DNA of 64,000 nt, from positions 2,097,288 to 2,161,287 of the forward strand of contig OZ287695.1 of the NCBI GenBank assembly GCA_965649825.1, in the 5' to 3' direction. Under the pieces are notes generated by a model, which worked only from the letters and a program-made list of their open reading frames with translations, did not search any database and was not told where the DNA came from. Each line of letters opens with the position of its first letter. Within the stretch, counting starts at the first letter, position 1. The DNA is from Penicillus capitatus. Taxonomy: Eukaryota > Plantae > Chlorophyta. This document shows, one piece after another, positions 1-9,127 of the stretch. The translations under genes and the position numbers were made by a program.

Positions 1-1048
1 ATACGCTCGTGTTGTGGGATGATGCATTGTTCTCTGCCATCTCGACAAGCGTAGGTCACACTGCCCGTCAAGTTGACGTATCTGCCATCGTTTTCAATAG
101 TGCGATTCTCGAGACTGTCTAGTTGCCCGGTATGTGAGAGCGCAGTCTGTCGGGACAGTGATTGGATGTAGGAATGAGGCATCAGTTAGAGTCTCTTGCC
201 ATCTCCACTACATTGCATTTCTGCGAAGCAAACAACGTCTACAGGAATAATTCATCTGAACTCGTCTAAACCTCTTAGCTCCTCATCATTGCATACTCTT
301 GTCCAAACGAAAAGAGAAGAGCTTATCGATTTCGATACTCTATAACTGGGAGTGTCCATGTAAGGAGTGACAAACGGTCTTCCTTTTGTTCTGACTTCAA
401 ATCAAAGAAATGATTTCTGCGTCTGACGATCTCGTCTGACCTTCACCTCTTCTGGTATCAAATCTTGCGGACCACGATGTGTTTGCTTCTGGAAAGCAAA
501 TGCTCTCGCTTTCTCAACGACAGACAGTCGTTTCGACGTTCAGGAAGACAAACGTGGAGTAATAGAGTGGCACAGATGCATGAACAAGCAGATGCTTGTA
601 TTGACTAAAAGTAAAGTGTATTCGGCATATCGTCAAGATAACGGGGATGCAGAAACTTCTAAAGAGCCGTAGAGGTCATGAAAAGCCATATCCCTATGGC
701 AACAGCATGACGTGGTGGATCCAGATGTCGCCGCTTGATGGACGTGATTGATCTTCGTCAACAATTGCCTCGGACAATCCTGGAGTTACCAAGTCCTCGG
801 GAGTGAAAGCGACGAAGTCGACACTTCAGTCCACAGAACTTCGTCTCCTATTATAGATTCCAACGTTGTGGACGACCTGCTCCGCAACCTACTGGAGGAG
901 CTCCGCTTGTTCTCCTTGGCGAATTTGATTGAGACGTTCCTGGAAGGTTGGATACAACGGTGGGTAAGGGACAAGCGCGCGTAGGATGTCTCGCTCGGCG
1001 TCGTGGTTGGCTAGGGTGGAAAAATGGATGCGAGACAAACGACGCTAA

Positions 1049-1052
1049 ACAG
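1049..1052 (+). other. 4-bp target-site duplication ACAG (second copy 8025-8028)
   Basis: ACAG immediately precedes the 5' LTR and immediately follows the 3' LTR. Confidence 0.93.
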
Positions 1053-1359
1053 TGTTGTGTTAAGCCAACACGCCCCTAACAATGAGCTCATCTACTTACA
1101 CTTGTGTCGATCTCCAAGCGACAGGTCGTAGGTTCGCTACACCTTCCCATCCACAAATAGACCCGCGGCTCTACGTCACAGATTCCAAGTAGATTCCGGA
1201 ATCTTCGCAGAATATTCCTTCTTTGTTACTTAAAATAAAGTACCCTATAAAAGCTTTGTGAATGTACAGATCTTGTCTTTCGTTTGTAAGGCTTTACGTT
1301 TCAAAAGGTTTACGTGCGCCCACCACTCAAATTGTTCCCATCTAAAACCCTACGCGACA
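1053..1359 (+). repeat. 5' LTR
   Basis: TGTTGTGTTAAGCC...CCCTACGCGACA; no difference from 7718-8024 found by eye. Contains TATAAAA (1246-1252) and TGTAA (1285-1289, the chlorophyte poly(A) signal). Confidence 0.98.
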
Positions 1360-4300
1360 TGGTTTCGGAGCGAGTGCTCCCAATGCTGTTGTGGGTTCTA
1401 TGCTTTGCTACCGTCACGCACGGCGCATGGTTCGGCTGGAAGGATGGAATAGTAGAGTTACGGGATAAAACTCTAACAAGCATCCAGAACAACATCCGTA
1501 GTGGCGAAGACTGGATTGATGGATACATCGTTAACCTCGCCCACGACTTGAATACGAAGGAACCTGTCTTGTTTCAAGAAAAAGCGACGTCCACAATTCT
1601 ATACTGTACCACAGGGAAATGTGACTCGCTGACTAACGAAATCAGGGAGGAACCAGATCTGCATAAGGGAGGTTGCTTTCTGTACATCAAACCCCCGGGT
1701 GACTATTCGGTCGACGCCGGAATGCTGCAGAAAGAGATCGCAGAATTCGTCATCGGTTGTCCAAAGGGCATTATCTTTTACGATGCCACAGACGGAATAA
1801 CCATGGGCGAAGCCAACATGATGATCAAGCTTCTTAGCGAAGGTGCCAAGATCTACTGGGACGGACGACCTATATCGACAACCGACATCTCACTTTTTCT
1901 ACTCGTCCGAGGTGAACCCCATCCTGAGAATTGGGGCCAGAAGGAACTTCTGGACACGTCTAGACAGAGAGTGTACGATCTGACATACGGAGACCCTCGA
2001 AACGGCAAGAACGATTTCACCGTAATGTCGTCGGCGAGAGCTCTGCGCAGACGCTTCGGATACGCTATACCCGTAGCCGACCCCAAAGATCAAAGTGGAC
2101 TCTCTGCGGGACAGCGCCGATCAATCGAAAAGGAACAACTAGAAGAGAGATCTAAAGTGACGTACTCGGACGAAATTGATGAGATTGTCGATTCAGTCGA
2201 TACGTATCTAGAAGATGAATATGATGACATATATGTCGGAACCGAGCCTGGAGCATTAGATTTCGTGTACGCAATACCAGTCGAAGCGCAGCAAGATACG
2301 TACGAGGACACGGCAACCCCACAATCCGAGCCTGAAGTTGAGGCTACGCAGTCAGAGGAAGACCAAGGACCCGAACAGGAGCTTCCCCCAGAGAATGTCT
2401 TTGACATGCACGGATTAGGGGACGCTCTACCTCTCGACGCTAGAGAATCTTGGGCTGCGATCCCCGTTTGGATGAGAGACTTGGATATCACATGGCCGGA
2501 CTACGTAACGGAGATGATGACTAGCGCCGTCGTGGGCCTTACCACTCACGGAGTCATCAACTGGGTAGCAAACAGAGGGGTACTCTCCGTCTTCTACCCG
2601 ACTAATCTATTGACGACCGTCACAATTTCAGTCATCAACAACCTCCCATCTAGGCCAAAAATCGAGGGAGAACTGAAGGCCTTCAATGAGACATTGTACG
2701 ATTTGAACCAGTTTGAGAACATCTCGATAAGCGGTTCATCAACGAACTCTCAAGGCCAACAGGACTCCCAAGACACATGGGGCCCGAAAGGTTCAAATGA
2801 TGACTGGAAACGTCTCAACGACACACTGGACGAGATTAGGAAGACAATATATAGAATCAACGAACATACGGAAAATCTGAAGACGGCCCTCGACGAGTGC
2901 ATATGCGAGAGTCAAGTTACAGGTTGGGGAAACAGGCATGAGAATGAAACATTCCTCGACCGTTCCATAAAATGGCTAACCGGTGCCCGAGATAACGCGG
3001 TCACGTGGATGTTAGGCACGCTTTGGGATAAATTTGGACTCAGAGCAATTCGTAGTGCCCTGGCGACGGGGAACGGCTGGCAGTTGGTAGGCGCGGCTAT
3101 GCTTCTGTACAAGGTCGCTGTATGGATCTTGAATGTATTCAGGAACATCCGCAAGGTTGTGATGCGAATCGTAGCCATAACCCAGGGGATTTGCTGGCTA
3201 CTCAGAATCGTGTGGAATCTGATGCGGGGACATAAGGCTCAGGTGCAGCAACTGACTCAAGAACTGACCACCCAGCAGTCGTCACAGCAGCAGTCGCCAC
3301 CGCCATCTCAGCCGCCATTGGAACAGACACCACCGACGCCTACACAGCAGTCGCCACCGCCGTCATCCCAAGCACCGCCGCAGGAGTCATCGCCGTCATC
3401 CAGTCCTTCTCGTCCTGTCGCGCCATCTCAGTCGCCACCGCCACCGCAACATTCGGCACCACGACGGACAGACCAACAAAATACAGTGACGGAAATCCAC
3501 CCAGACCCGTCGCCGGAAGTCCGCCAAGACACTGAACAACGTGGCTTGATACAATCCTTGATGGAAAGTGTTCAAGCGATGCAAGATGGGCTTATGAGGC
3601 GCGCTGCAGAACTCGAGGACAGACTTGTCAATAGACAAGGGAGATTGGAAGAGGTTGTGGAGGCCAGCATACTTACTATCGGGCAACGAGTAGAAGCGGT
3701 TGAGGATCGGATGCGTATTCAGCAAGTCAGATGTGAGTCACCTCACCCTGAAACATCGCACGAGAACCAAGAAACAACCGAACGGAAAAAGAGTCGACAA
3801 ATACGTCAGGACTCAGACGAGCGTCGCCCTAGTGAAAGTGCAACTCCACACACTCCAAAAGGCCAGACTCCCAGTAGACGCGTCGAGAAGGATGGTCCCA
3901 CCATCAAGAACGTACACAAGCTGTTGCCAAAGCGTAAAGAGAATCTCTCACAGTTCACACGCAGAATGTCGAAGCTACTCGCATTGATAGATGACCCCGT
4001 CAAGTATGCTACGGCGACGGAGAGAATCTTTAATATTGCGAACGCACAAATCCAGTCGCGTCTGCGTGGACTACCATGGGGAGATGCAGGCAACTGGCCA
4101 CGTGTACAGAGGATCATCGACGAATGCTTGCAGGGAGGGCGGAATACACAAGGCAACGCTCCAAATAACGACAAGCAAGGCGTACAACAAGAGTACGGAC
4201 ACACCTGCGAGAGATGCAAGAAAAAAGGCCACTCCGGTAGAGACTGTCCTGTAATCGCGAAAGCCCCAAAGACGACAGAATCGGGGACTTTAGTACAAGC

Positions 4301-4715
4301 GAATCCGGTACAGCGCCAGAATTCTCAGAGGATGATACAGTATAATGTCCCACTCAACATGGAGAATATTGCCGGAAAAATCTCGTGCCTGTTGGACACC
4401 GGTGCGCAGACCAATATACTTCCGGCAAAGCTGGCAAGGAGACACAACTTGGTCCTCAGGTCGTCGAAGGTTAGAGATGTAACCAGCTTCAACAACCAGA
4501 CGACCAGGCCAAGTGGCGAGATCGCTTTGGTGTGTACCCTCGGGAAACAGAGCGCTGAGATTCCATTTGTCGTCTGTGATGGTGTCCAACGCCCGATTCT
4601 GGGAATGCAGGCCCTTCAAGCGTTCAAGTTGCAGCTCAACTGCGAGGAGGACGCAGTCTATGACGACAAAGGTAATAAAATACTCATCCACAACGTTTCT
4701 GTTTCAAAAAACTGA
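1359..4715 (+). CDS. gag: Env-like/Gag/protease polyprotein (signal peptide, AAA-like luminal domain, glycosylated segment, TM, Pro-rich region, CA-CTD-like, CCHC knuckle, aspartic protease)
   Basis: Uninterrupted frame. Signal-peptide-like MLLWVLCFATVTHG-AW; N-glycosylation sequons NET/NIS/NDT/NET; hydrophobic WQLVGAAMLLYKVAVWILNVF (about 3078-3140); CERCKKKGHSGRDC (4206-4247); LLDTGA (Asp at 4395). First ATG is 1359 (alternative 1383). Confidence 0.9.
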   Translation: MVSERVLPMLLWVLCFATVTHGAWFGWKDGIVELRDKTLTSIQNNIRSGEDWIDGYIVNLAHDLNTKEPVLFQEKATSTILYCTTGKCDSLTNEIREEPDLHKGGCFLYIKPPGDYSVDAGMLQKEIAEFVIGCPKGIIFYDATDGITMGEANMMIKLLSEGAKIYWDGRPISTTDISLFLLVRGEPHPENWGQKELLDTSRQRVYDLTYGDPRNGKNDFTVMSSARALRRRFGYAIPVADPKDQSGLSAGQRRSIEKEQLEERSKVTYSDEIDEIVDSVDTYLEDEYDDIYVGTEPGALDFVYAIPVEAQQDTYEDTATPQSEPEVEATQSEEDQGPEQELPPENVFDMHGLGDALPLDARESWAAIPVWMRDLDITWPDYVTEMMTSAVVGLTTHGVINWVANRGVLSVFYPTNLLTTVTISVINNLPSRPKIEGELKAFNETLYDLNQFENISISGSSTNSQGQQDSQDTWGPKGSNDDWKRLNDTLDEIRKTIYRINEHTENLKTALDECICESQVTGWGNRHENETFLDRSIKWLTGARDNAVTWMLGTLWDKFGLRAIRSALATGNGWQLVGAAMLLYKVAVWILNVFRNIRKVVMRIVAITQGICWLLRIVWNLMRGHKAQVQQLTQELTTQQSSQQQSPPPSQPPLEQTPPTPTQQSPPPSSQAPPQESSPSSSPSRPVAPSQSPPPPQHSAPRRTDQQNTVTEIHPDPSPEVRQDTEQRGLIQSLMESVQAMQDGLMRRAAELEDRLVNRQGRLEEVVEASILTIGQRVEAVEDRMRIQQVRCESPHPETSHENQETTERKKSRQIRQDSDERRPSESATPHTPKGQTPSRRVEKDGPTIKNVHKLLPKRKENLSQFTRRMSKLLALIDDPVKYATATERIFNIANAQIQSRLRGLPWGDAGNWPRVQRIIDECLQGGRNTQGNAPNNDKQGVQQEYGHTCERCKKKGHSGRDCPVIAKAPKTTESGTLVQANPVQRQNSQRMIQYNVPLNMENIAGKISCLLDTGAQTNILPAKLARRHNLVLRSSKVRDVTSFNNQTTRPSGEIALVCTLGKQSAEIPFVVCDGVQRPILGMQALQAFKLQLNCEEDAVYDDKGNKILIHNVSVSKN
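1360..1371 (+). promoter_or_regulatory. Primer-binding site, tRNA-iMet-like
   Basis: TGGTTTCGGAGC abuts the LTR end; it differs at two positions from the common plant iMet PBS TGGTATCAGAGC, one of them G:U-compatible. Confidence 0.75.
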
Positions 4716-4740
4716 GGGACCGGCCTGTTTTTCAGCAGGC
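4706..4740 (+). promoter_or_regulatory. -1 programmed ribosomal frameshift signal
   Basis: A_AAA_AAC heptamer (4706-4712) in correct phase right before the ORF1 TGA; GCCTGTT-TTTC-AGCAGGC stem-loop at 4723-4740; the -1 frame is stop-free from the heptamer into pol. Confidence 0.85.
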
Positions 4741-7708
4741 AGATGACGACTCGCAGACACCACAAATAAAACGCTTGGTATTAGTAAAGGCGAACTGGAA
4801 GGACGAGACACCTCAAGACAGACAGAAAGAATGGCCAACATCTTTAGCACTTCAAGTCACGGAATCCATCGATCGGGAGTTGTTCCCGTTCAAACAAAAC
4901 GGCTGGATCATCTTTATGGCAGGAAGAAGTTTTGTGCTGGGACCCTTTCGGAGCCGCCGCATCATTCTACCCTTCAAGTTTACCGAGACAACAGAATGGA
5001 GGGCATTTTTCGACTGTACTCATAACAAGAACATCTTCTGCAAAGTCAAGGTACACGCCAATGGTCAGATCAGCGTGGTAATCTTCAATCAATCCGATAC
5101 CCCACAACACGTCACCAGCAAGATGCGACTGTGCTGTGCTAAAGGAAACATTGATTCCATCACCGACGTCGATGGAACGGAGTACCCGCTGAAAGTGAAG
5201 ACCAAGCGTGTTAACAACATTAGCGTTCTTACACCAGTAGACAAGGATGCAACAGTGGCTCGGCTAAGAGAAGAATTTCCCCTGGTCTTTTCGGACACCA
5301 TTCGCCCGACGACCAGCAGGCTGTGGGATATCAGAGTACGCGACAGGGATCTTTGTTGGCAAGGCGAGCCTAAGCCATGCTGGAGGGAGAACTACGTCTC
5401 AGATCTCACCAACGAAGAGATCTCAAAAGAGATCGATTCTCTACACAAGGAGGGTGTTATACGACAGCTGTCTGTTGCGGAGGCAATACACGCTGTCGTA
5501 GCACCTTTAAACTTTATACGCAAACCGAATGGCAAGATCCGGCCCACCATTGACTTCCGCGACATCAACACGTACCTCGAAGGGACGCAAGGGGGGACCA
5601 TCATTCCGGTGTCCAACATCATTCAGAAGGTGGATCCCAAGTGGACCGTATACACCATCGTGGACATTGTTCACGGCTACGGCTCCATCCCCATCGACGA
5701 CGATATTTCGCTTTTCTTTGCCCTACATTGGAACGGCGTGACGTACGGCTTTCGGAGACTGCCGCAAGGCGTCAACGTCAGTCCGGAGCTTTTCAATAAC
5801 CGCATGACCCACATCCTGCAAGGGTTGGATGTGGTACGATACTTCGATGACATATTGATCGGCGGCGAAACTGAGGAGGAACTCCTCGACAAGACCAAGC
5901 TTTTATTGAAACGTTTCGACGAATATGGCCTGACAATCAACTGTCAAAAGTGCGACTGGTTTGAGACGTCAGTAAGCTTTCTGGGTACCGAACTCAGTGG
6001 TGGGACGCTAAACCCGTACCACAGGGCCCAGGCAATACTCCAGAAGCTGCCGACAATCACATCACGTCACGACGTTCAGAAGGCCATGGGTCTGTGCCAG
6101 CAACTGGCACAGTACTGTTACAAATACGACGCGATCGTCACGCAACTCAAGCCATTCCTGAAACGCGAACACAATGACTACACCAAAGCTGACGAGATCT
6201 ACAAGGACGCAGTTCAATCTCTGTGCATCAGTACGTACCGACTGACGTTGGAAAGAAGGGAGCCATTCCATCTGTACACGGATTGGTGTGGTAACCCACT
6301 CAACCAGTTCGGATACGTATTGCTTAACTCGACCTTGCAACCTGTTCTCTTTGGCTCCTTCACGACGAAACAGAGGGTCGGAAGTTTTCTGGGAGAACTG
6401 ATGGGGATAGTACGGGCCTTGAAGGAATGTTACTTTGTGATCAAGCAGACGGAGGTATTCGTTTACTCCGACAACATGGCTACAGTCAATTGGCTCAAGG
6501 AGCCGACATTCCTGCACAAGTTCAAGGACCTCCGGATCCAGAGACAGCATTGCTGGCTCCGGCACCACTTTTCCCATGATCGTCTCCACTTCTGTTTTGT
6601 AGAAGGGAAGGACAACGTGATAGCGGATCTTCTCAGCCGATGGAGAGACAACGCGCCTGTCGAATTTCACACCAAGAAGAAGCAACAGGGATATCAGGTA
6701 AACTCCATATCCCTTACTCCGGAAGAACGGACCGAGCTCATCAAAAAGGCTCATGCAGGCCACTTCGGGGTCAAGAAGACATTCCTGAACCTGCGGTCCG
6801 ACGGAACCCGCTGGACGAACGACTTCAATGACGTGCGAGATTACGTCAATAACTGCGAGACGTGCCAAATGTTTCGCAACCCACGGTCGGAAGTGGACTT
6901 GGGTATGATTGACAGTCCATCCCCGAACCACACACTGTGTCTAGACTTCATAGGACCGCTGAACCGTGGCAGCCACGGGTTTCGGTATATCGCTACCGGA
7001 ATCGATGCTTTCACTAAGTTCGGCGTGGGGCGTCTATGCAAGACCTGCTCAGCAGCACAGGCTATCAAGCTGGTACTCGAATGGGCACGAAAGTTTGGGG
7101 CTCCGCAAAGAATCCTGTGCGACAACGGAAGCGCCTTCATTGCTAGGAGCTTCGAAAGTACTTGCACACAGCACGGAATAGATATTTTACACACCCCAGC
7201 CTATTCCCACAAAAGTGCGGGCACTGTCGAAGCGTTCAACCGAAACCTCGTAAACCGACTTAGGCGGATATGGGCGGAAAGGAGAGGTGATTGGACGACA
7301 CATGTGAGCACGAGCGTACAAGAGATCAACCGAACGATCCATAGTACGACTCTGTTCTGTCCACAATACCTTCTAACTGGCACACAACGGGATGGCACGA
7401 TAACTAGTCCACAACAGCTGGACACCGACCGAGGACTAGCTTATCAACGAATAATTAAGGCACACCAGCAAAATAAGACAAGACACCACAAGAAAGTCAA
7501 GAACCGTCCCATGGAAGTGGGAGCAGAGGTCTCGTGGTACAACACGCAGCTGGCCGACCGCCTCGACTCCAAACTCTACTCCAAATGGGTCTATCCTTGT
7601 GTGGTGGTGAAGAAACATAGTGACCACCGTTGGGATATCCGTATGCCCAATGGTTCGACACTGCACAATGTCCATCGTGACTTCCTTCGGAGATTAGACA
7701 GAAGATAG
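4709..7708 (+). CDS. pol: Pol (-1 frame): dUTPase-like remnant, reverse transcriptase, RNase H, integrase
   Basis: RT: RKPNGKIRPTIDFRDIN, LPQG, YFDD. RNase H: LYTD, GELMG, YSDN, NVIADLLSR. IN: HAGHFG...CETC, LDFIGP, CDNGSAF, VEAFNR. No in-frame stops. Confidence 0.97.
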   Translation, partial: KLRDRPVFQQADDDSQTPQIKRLVLVKANWKDETPQDRQKEWPTSLALQVTESIDRELFPFKQNGWIIFMAGRSFVLGPFRSRRIILPFKFTETTEWRAFFDCTHNKNIFCKVKVHANGQISVVIFNQSDTPQHVTSKMRLCCAKGNIDSITDVDGTEYPLKVKTKRVNNISVLTPVDKDATVARLREEFPLVFSDTIRPTTSRLWDIRVRDRDLCWQGEPKPCWRENYVSDLTNEEISKEIDSLHKEGVIRQLSVAEAIHAVVAPLNFIRKPNGKIRPTIDFRDINTYLEGTQGGTIIPVSNIIQKVDPKWTVYTIVDIVHGYGSIPIDDDISLFFALHWNGVTYGFRRLPQGVNVSPELFNNRMTHILQGLDVVRYFDDILIGGETEEELLDKTKLLLKRFDEYGLTINCQKCDWFETSVSFLGTELSGGTLNPYHRAQAILQKLPTITSRHDVQKAMGLCQQLAQYCYKYDAIVTQLKPFLKREHNDYTKADEIYKDAVQSLCISTYRLTLERREPFHLYTDWCGNPLNQFGYVLLNSTLQPVLFGSFTTKQRVGSFLGELMGIVRALKECYFVIKQTEVFVYSDNMATVNWLKEPTFLHKFKDLRIQRQHCWLRHHFSHDRLHFCFVEGKDNVIADLLSRWRDNAPVEFHTKKKQQGYQVNSISLTPEERTELIKKAHAGHFGVKKTFLNLRSDGTRWTNDFNDVRDYVNNCETCQMFRNPRSEVDLGMIDSPSPNHTLCLDFIGPLNRGSHGFRYIATGIDAFTKFGVGRLCKTCSAAQAIKLVLEWARKFGAPQRILCDNGSAFIARSFESTCTQHGIDILHTPAYSHKSAGTVEAFNRNLVNRLRRIWAERRGDWTTHVSTSVQEINRTIHSTTLFCPQYLLTGTQRDGTITSPQQLDTDRGLAYQRIIKAHQQNKTRHHKKVKNRPMEVGAEVSWYNTQLADRLDSKLYSKWVYPCVVVKKHSDHRWDIRMPNGSTLHNVHRDFLRRLDRR

Positions 7709-7713
7709 GTGGG
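7690..7713 (+). promoter_or_regulatory. Polypurine tract (imperfect)
   Basis: GAGATTAGACAGAAGATAGGTGGG then CCCA directly before the 3' LTR; overlaps the pol stop codon; TGGGCCCA palindrome at 7710-7717. Confidence 0.6.
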
Positions 7714-7717
7714 CCCA

Positions 7718-8024
7718 TGTTGTGTTAAGCCAACACGCCCCTAACAATGAGCTCATCTACTTACACTTGTGTCGATCTCCAAGCGACAGGTCGTAGGTTC
7801 GCTACACCTTCCCATCCACAAATAGACCCGCGGCTCTACGTCACAGATTCCAAGTAGATTCCGGAATCTTCGCAGAATATTCCTTCTTTGTTACTTAAAA
7901 TAAAGTACCCTATAAAAGCTTTGTGAATGTACAGATCTTGTCTTTCGTTTGTAAGGCTTTACGTTTCAAAAGGTTTACGTGCGCCCACCACTCAAATTGT
8001 TCCCATCTAAAACCCTACGCGACA
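7718..8024 (+). repeat. 3' LTR
   Basis: Direct copy of 1053-1359, followed by the TSD copy ACAG at 8025-8028. Confidence 0.98.
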
Positions 8025-8713
8025 ACAGAGGTAAGTGGAGAAAAAACTAGTGAGTCCTCGACCTTTTTCCAGTCTTTGTGGCAGGGCTTTCTAGGCAGAT
8101 GAGCCACTACATTGCCAGAGCCAGAGAAGAGGGCCCTTTAGAAGTCAGTGCGCCCATGCGACAAGACAACCAGCGCCCCATGAAAACACGACACCCTTTC
8201 TCAACAAGACAGTCACATCGACAAAGGAAATCTTGGCGACACTAGACTCGGACACAATATGTGTGTGATTCGTTGAGTTGGAGATCTCGGGTACAGATTG
8301 GATTCGACGTAAGCGTCAGGAAACGACGATTCCGTATCACGACTAACAGGGTATGGATTTTTTGCTGGATGCTTCACTCCGTTATCTCGAGCTTCTGACG
8401 AAACTAACAAACAGCACACTAACATTGATGGGATTGTTAAAAAAACTGGATTAAGTCTGCATTCGACTGATTGTGTGAGTGACGGGTATGCGATAACGAT
8501 TGCGGCCCCGCGGACTGGACAGGGTGTCCGCTTCCTGACGTGACAGGGGTCCGCGGGCGCCGAGGGTACTTAAGTGACGTGTACGCCTCACCATGTAGCT
8601 TTTGCATTGGCTCGTGGCTGTCTCCTCCGTTCGGCTCTGCGCGTTCGCGCGACTGCGGCGCGTCTGTCGACACGCGATTCCCGACAGTGAGCCTTCATTA
8701 AAAGCGAAGGTAA

Positions 8714-9127
8714 TACCTCTACAGTCTCTACGTTGATATCCGCGAAGACAAGTTCAAGGCCTTCGGTCAAGCACTCGATAGACAGCTGGACGACGACCAA
8801 GACAAATGGAACCTCGAACTCACCGACCTGGGCAAGTTCGAAGTCAGTGACACGTACCTCTCGCCCACGAAAGACAAGACTACAATCGTCATAGGTAACA
8901 TAGACACAGACATCGAAGCCGACTTTCATGGGGTATGTCATGTGTGGATCCCATGTAAAATCACCCATTTATATATCGAAGCCGAAGCGGCCATTACTGC
9001 CATCGCCGACTAGAACGCCTCCTGCTGGAACCTTTCCGTTGTCGAGCTTCAAGATGCACACTTTGCGGCCCCACATAAACTGAACCGTAAGAAACACGAC
9101 CCAACCGGACAGCCTCTGCCGGACTAG
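8714..9127 (+). pseudogene. Decayed coding fragment of unknown product
   Basis: 99-codon stop-free, ATG-less frame (LYVDIREDKFKAFGQALDRQLDDDQDKW...CHVWIPCKITH) that continues past one TAG; the antisense 126-aa ORF looks like its shadow. Confidence 0.3.

Larger units (their letters stand above)
1053..8024 (+). mobile_element. Full-length Ty3/Gypsy (Metaviridae) LTR retrotransposon with Env-like/Gag fusion ORF
   Basis: Two 307-bp TG...CA direct repeats, ACAG duplicated on both flanks, PBS directly after the 5' LTR, purine tract before the 3' LTR, domain order PR-RT-RNaseH-IN. Confidence 0.97.

Noticed and set aside
6062-6931. 289-aa antisense ORF inside pol
   Set aside because: No recognisable motifs; best explained as the codon-bias shadow of RNase H/integrase.
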